From contig CM035350.1 of assembly GCA_020137815.1 (NCBI GenBank), forward strand, positions 9,734,001 to 9,798,000: DNA of 64,000 nucleotides, given 5' to 3'. Both the position numbers and the translations under genes were made by a program. The notes below the pieces were generated by a model that saw nothing but the letters and a program-made list of their open reading frames with translations, was not told the origin of the DNA and did not search any database. Each line of letters starts with the position of its first letter. The stretch's first letter is position 1. The stretch is from Hormiphora californensis (taxonomy: Eukaryota > Animalia > Ctenophora). Below are positions 53,152 to 64,000 of this stretch, one piece after another.

Positions 53152-55724
53152 ATGGGAAAAAGTAAAAAGAGGTAGGTAACAAGTAAACTCCTTGGTGACA
53201 TAGACACCTGGCGCGACCCCCGCACCAGGTGTCTATATCTCACCAAGTTAAATCCTTGCTCCTCTAGTTTGTTGATTTGCTTGTAAGAGATGCTCTACAA
53301 GAGTTGACCGGCTGTAACCCCTTTGTTTTCAGTGAAGGTGGTGGATCGGTACCACCCCCTCCCGAAGAGGGGGCTGGAGGGGACCCTGCTGCTGCCCCTC
53401 CTCCTGCTGAAGACCACCAGATCTCAGCGACAGTTGAACACCACGAGGAACACCACCCGGACCACCACCACCACCACCAGCAGCATAGTGAGAAGCCCAA
53501 GAAACAGAGATATGTGCAGCCCCCGGAGCACAATCTAAAGGTAACAAGCAGAGTCACCATGGTAACAAGCAGAGTCACTGCACTCAACTAGGTCTTTCTT
53601 TGAAATATACATGCACTTTATGTATCTTTATCTGTTGGGTAGCATGATTCTTAGTACAACTTCCTCCCTGCAGGCGTCTCTAGTTGGTAAGAAGTTGGGG
53701 ATTCCTATTGTAGACGTACTGAGGAACCACCACGAGAGGATAGCTCTACTAGAGGAGAAAATCGGTGAGACAAGGATGGATTCAATATCTCGAGGATTCC
53801 TTCAGGGAGACGGGGTAAAGAAGAAAAAGAAGAAGAAGAAAAAGAAGAAGAAAAAGGTGAAAATGAGCCATTTTAGTTGTCAATTAAAAAGTCTCTGAGT
53901 TTGATCTCCCTATAACCCCTTTCTTTTCCAGAGTTCATCTTCTTCATCTTCCTCCTCTTCCTCCTCTTCATCGAGTAGTTCCAGTAGTTCCAGCAGTTCT
54001 TCCTCGGATGACGACCTGCCAAGGAGACATCCGGGAACTATACCCATTGATATCATGGCTGCTGGCATCTCCCGTGAAGAGGTTTGTTATGCGGGACGCG
54101 CGAAACACAGTCTAGCTCTCGTGAAGAGGTTTGCTCCAAGTGTCGTTTCAGCTGCCTCTCAGTTAGAATATAGTATGAAATAAACTACTCAATGTTTATA
54201 CCACCATTCTCTATTGTGCTAATGGACCCCTAACCTCATGTTTTCTTTGCTCCTCAACATGATGGATATTTTCTATAGGTAGCGAGGATGTTTGCGGCAC
54301 AGAACGCTGTTTTCAAGGAGTTACTTCGGGAGCAAAGAAAGTGTTATGACGGGGCCCTCAGCGCCGTAATGAATGAGATCCTCATTGCTCTGGGTGAGAG
54401 TGAGGTGGGAGCTGCCGGGGTCAGGCTGGACAGTCTTGAGGAGAGAGTTGAGTCGTTGGAGAAGAAGGCCCTCACTGAGAGTGTTCAAGTTGTCAAAACT
54501 ATCCCAGCTAGTGGTCCGGCCGATACAGCAGATCCAACGAAGAAGCTACCTAAAATGCCATCTTTTGTAAGTATTGTGGTTATCCAGCTGGACCCCGAGC
54601 ACTGTTTGAGTTCCCTTTCTATCACACCGAGAACCACTCATTAAGGTGGTTTGATGGATGGCTTAGTAAATAACTTGCTCTCATCAGGGGAATCCATTCG
54701 GGAAGAAAGAAGAGGTAGAGGAGCCTGAAGAAGAGAAGAAGGGAGGGCTCTTCGGGGGAGGTGGAGGGGGACTCTTTGGGAAGTGAGTATGGAGACTTAA
54801 CCTTGTTTTGATTGAGCGTGAGAGTAATATTGCTTTGTCTCATGATACCGTCCAGAGAGTTTCAAGCAAGGTAATTATAATACAAGAATTTTATCCTCCT
54901 AGAAAGAAGGAAGAGGAGGAAGAGGAAGGAGGAGGTGGTGGGTTCTTCAAAGTACCGAGTGTCCCCAAAATACCTGGCCGCGGCGGGGGAGCCTCACCGG
55001 AACCATCGGTAACAACCAATCAGAGCTCGTTATTTAGGTCACGTGACTGGTTATCAGCCAATCAGGGACCAGCATTTCCTCTGCAGGTAACATTTAGCAA
55101 GTACAAACGGGACAGGGATCGGAGGAAAAAGGAACGGGAAGAACGATATATGGAAGACTATGAATATTACAGAAAGTAAGTAACATATTGAACTATATTG
55201 TTCTATGACTCATATTGATTCGATAGAACAAAGGATCAATCTAGACTTTATTATAAAGGGGCAGAATCCCCCCGCTGAATACGGTAAACACATCCCCTGC
55301 ATGCTACTCATGGTGTTTTTTAGGCAACGCGACACAAGGAGAACGGACAACGGGAGATCAGAGAGAGGTGCAGGGAGACCGGACAGATCCCCAACGAGCA
55401 CCCAACGGAAATCTAAATCAGGATCTCGGAGAAGAAGGATATCAGATAGGGACCGTGAAAAGTAGGTCCGTGTACTCTGTTGTTCTAACCCTCCCTCTAC
55501 ATTTGTAAAGGTGCGGGGCGCCCGAAACACAGTCTAGCCAGGCAACTTCTCTGTTGTTATAACCCTGATCCGGGGGGGGGGGTGAAACAGGGGTGAAACA
55601 GGGGTGAAACAGGGTGAAACAGGGTCCTCCGGGGACATTAGAAATTAATTGTTTTCTTTTATTTAGATCAGGCACTGCAGTTGGTCGGTCGGGGAAGTAC
55701 GAAGTGAGAAACTTGGATGACTGA
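53152..55724 (+). CDS. Unknown low-complexity/coiled-coil protein, ~9-10 exons
   Basis: Chain of GT-AG exons with His, Lys and Ser tracts, RIALLEEKI and LEERVESLEKK; the first junction is uncertain. Confidence 0.6.
53192..53246. mobile_element. 55-bp Mutator-like MITE, same TIR as the element at 34697
   Basis: ttggtgacatagacacctgg..ccaggtgtctatatctcaccaa; near-matching 9-bp TSD gtaaactcc/gttaaatcc. Confidence 0.7.
55009..55086 (+). other. 78-nt candidate intron consisting of a family A MITE core
   Basis: gtaacaacc...ttcctctgcag, with ggtaaca repeated at both junctions. Confidence 0.7.
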
Positions 55725-55962
55725 GACAATGATTCTTCTGATAGATATAAGCTGCGAGTTCATAGATTTAGGAATGCATTTTAATATATTGAGTATTTGT
55801 GAAAATTAGAGGAATTAAAGACTCTTTTTCTATCTGTAAATATACAACGGTCAAGTACAAGCTCATAAGATGATCAATTAAACATGTTATAACTCCTCTC
55901 TTTCTTTCATATTATTTCATTACTAGGACTAATTAATTGTTTAAGTGAGTCGGCGGGGGAAG

Positions 55963-57224
55963 TTAAACCCGTTCCATCTGCTGTCCGGGCTGAAGGCGAG
56001 CCTGGAAAGAAAAGGAAAGGTGTCAGGAAAATAATAGATCGATCTGAGCTGAGTGAGAAATATCATTGGGCCGTCTAGGGCGCCGCCAAACAGACATGAC
56101 AAACAAACAGACATGACAAACAGACAGACATGACAAACAAACAGACATGACAAACAGACAGACATGACAAACAAACAGACATGGCAAACAGACAGAAATG
56201 ACAAACAGACATGACAAACAGACAGACATGACAAACAGACAGACATGACAAACAGACAGACATGACAAACAGACACAACTGACCTGTCTCGCCATCTGGA
56301 TGAGGGAAAGTTGGGGGCAGCAGCATATCATGAGCAAATCATTTATTACACTTCCTTCAATTCCAAACTTCTCTCGGACCTGAATTAGTTGAAAGAATCG
56401 TTATATTTGTCTCCGTAAATTAGTAGGGGTATAATTCCGGATAACCCAGATAGCTCGGATAGTCTGGATAATCGTTTTATTTCTGCCAGGTTAGCCCTAT
56501 AAGGGACCAACCCATGGGGTATCTGAACTTGATCTATGATCCATTCTACTAACCAGGAACCGACCGAAACAAGTAAACAACCAATCAGAACTCGTTATTT
56601 AGGTCACGTGACTGGTTATCAGCCAATCAGGGACCAGTATTTCCTGATTCGGTCGGTTCCATTCTACTAACCCGTCCTCGAACGGTAAGGAAGCAGTAAA
56701 GGTTGAGGAGGGGGACCATGGAAGCGACACCAGCCATCAGACAATCATCTCCCAGCATCTCAGCAGTCTGTCCTGGAGGAACATAGAATTAGCAACATAA
56801 GATGACATGTCTAACATAGAATTAGCAACATAAGATGACATAAAATTAGCAAATTGTAGGACCCTGGACCATGCAGCATGTTTATTGTTTCAGTCTACAA
56901 ATTCTATTGGAACTGAATTGTTCAAAAAGATGCTAATACAATATTGAGTCTGGGTCGTGGTGTTTATACCGAAGGTGAGGCAGGGTACAAAGAGGGTGAT
57001 GCAGCAGAGACCGATATCATCCAGACAACTGCACAGACCAAAGGCCCAGGTGGGTGGGGCACCGTTTCCATGTTGTTGACCGTTAGACTCCCTGCAAGGG
57101 ACACGGTTAGGTTATACTGATCGGTGTGTGCGAGAGCTGAAATGATAAACTGATGGAGAGAATATTCTCTCGAGAATATTCAAATCATAAACTAATAACT
57201 ATGTAGTTCAATTGCCACTTACAT
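55963..57224 (-). CDS. PLAC8/cornifelin-family cysteine-rich protein (~117 aa, 5 exons)
   Basis: WAFGLCSCLDDIGLCCITLFVPCLTFG|QTAEML..RGR|VREKFGIEGSVINDLLMICCCPQLSLIQMARQ|ARLQPGQQMERV*. Confidence 0.88.
56088..56278. repeat. Intronic ~15-bp repeat (acagacatgacaaac)
   Basis: Directly visible in the sequence. Confidence 0.9.
56554..56659 (-). mobile_element. Family A MITE with a longer flanking duplication
   Basis: cattctactaac on both sides; last TIR bases missing. Confidence 0.85.
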
Positions 57225-58443
57225 TTTCGCTAACTATGAAAACTATCACTACTAAAGATAATATACTTGATTAGAATACGAAAACACAAAAGTAACTGAA
57301 CTACAGAAGTACTATAACAGAAAGGAAGTAACATCAATGTAACACAAGGAAGCAACTACAGAAGGCTCAACACATGGGGGGGGGGGGGGTAACTGCAGTG
57401 TTTTTCTACACACCGGTGCTGAATCGGCAGATATACCCGGCCCTCCCGATCAGAGCTGTAGAGCCCCCCTCCATCTTGTTTCCTCTCTCTACACAAATGT
57501 ACAAAGGTCACTCGATGAGCTTGGCAGTGATCTCCCTCCCACCGTCACACACACACACACTTAGCATGAGCCAATCAAGGAAATTTAGAGACTTTTAAAC
57601 AGCTCTAATATCTGCGTAATAATATGTATACCATATGAAAAACATGAAATGTTCAGGAAAGAATTATCGTTCATTCGAGTTCCAGTCTCAATCTCTCCTA
57701 GTAGGAGTCATAACACACAATTTGGTTGTTTACCGTATGCCACAAGTCAGAACTGTAGTATGTGTTGTTTTGTTCGAACAAGGCAAAGTATGTGTATCAT
57801 TTTCTCATTATTTCCTCCTCGTTCCACTTTCAATTAATTACTGAGTAAATTATATTTGCTATAGATCATTATTATAGGGCGTGGGTATTACACGGAAATA
57901 TATCTACAGACAGACAGACAGATATATTGTGTCTTGGACACGATCAAGAGCTACTCACCAGCAAAATACACAATGTGATTGTTGTTACTCAACAACAATG
58001 TGTAGATACACCATCCTCTTTTCAGAAGAAAAGTTGTCATTTTGTTTTCCTCCACAGCTTCCACGAGATCAGCTCTGCCCCCCCCTGGCCCCCCCCGGTG
58101 TCGTAGGGCGATCCCCTCACAGGCTTCCACGAGATCAGCTCTGCCTTTCATTTCTAGAATGTTTTTGGTTTGGTTCGGTGCTCCCAACTGCCCATATATC
58201 ATGTTACTGTAACACGCATAAATGCAATAAGGGTATTATATGCCATCGCGTGACTCTCTAGCTCAACTTGAAATTCAAAAGTCGAAACCCAACGTGTTTC
58301 AACTTTTGGATATACCGTGAGTCATGCTATATAAACAAGCCATCTGATTGCTCATTGTAGCCAGTTGTGTAGTGTGTGTAGTTAATTTGTGTTTGTTTTT
58401 AGTGCTGAACAGGATATTTACCAACTTCAAACAGTATCAGATC

Positions 58444-63497
<5,054 letters not shown>

Positions 63498-63826
63498 CAT
63501 TATGATGACAGACAATTTGGGACTTTGTGTAAAATGAAGGTGTGGCGTGATTTTGAATGGATGGTAAATGGTAATACTAATTTGTGATGGAGAAACACTT
63601 GGGTGGGATTTCTGCGGTTTTTTATTTTGATTGATGCATTCGTTTGCATGTGTGATTTATTGAATTGTTCATACTTTGTGCGGGAGCACGAACACAGTGT
63701 CAGGCGACTTAAGTGATTTATTGTTTTCGATATTTTGACTGCAAAGTATAAACCATCATCTACCGAGTCTAAAAACAAATCAGTGTAAACACATCAAATC
63801 ATCATTAAGAATATCTGCCTCCAATC

Positions 63827-63935
63827 CAGGAACCGACCGAATCAGTAAATACTGGTCCCTGATTGGCTGATAACCAGTCACGTGACCTAAATAACGAGTT
63901 CTGATTGGTCGTTCACTTGTTTCGGTCGGTTCCTG
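63827..63935 (+). mobile_element. Family A hAT MITE, intact
   Basis: TIRs present; TSD ctccaatc/ctccgatc. Confidence 0.92.
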
Positions 63936-64000
63936 CTCCGATCATATGTGTGTGTTCTACTAATAAAATACTACATATACCTTACTCTCGTTTTTTAAGA

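Overview
This is eukaryotic (animal) genomic DNA with short GT-AG introns, microsatellites and many transposons. It is probably a ctenophore: I recall the translation of the abundant 109-bp MITE ('SKQPIRTRYLGHVTGYQPIRDQYFLIRS') from Pleurobrachia-type gene models, but this is unverified. Genes from left to right: (1) a minus-strand invadolysin/leishmanolysin (M8)-like pseudo-protease fused to many EGF repeats and a mucin-like stalk, running off the left edge; (2) a frameshifted multi-PDZ gene; (3) a multi-intron, catalytically dead hAT-transposase-derived gene; (4) three tightly packed plus-strand genes (RGG-rich, CYSTM-like, low-complexity coiled-coil) that may form a trans-spliced operon; (5) a PLAC8-family gene; (6) a PH+Btk-motif (Tec-like) gene with no kinase exons in the window. 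Mobile DNA includes an R4/Dong-like RLE retrotransposon inside (AG)n with an HDV-like ribozyme fold at its 5' end, a young gag-only Gypsy LTR element, a poly(A)-tailed non-coding retroposon, and hAT, Mutator-like and Tc1 MITEs. Three signals stand out. First, TIR-less cores of the hAT MITE, flanked by duplicated host sequence, form whole new introns (introner-like). Second, splice junctions are repeatedly duplicated in tandem, including about 44 copies of one acceptor. Third, a 925-bp TSD-flanked insertion looks like a copy of a structured 494-nt circular or tandem template plus an inverted arm. Roughly 17-32 kb looks indel-rich, possibly from poor consensus quality. All gene models are manual and approximate.
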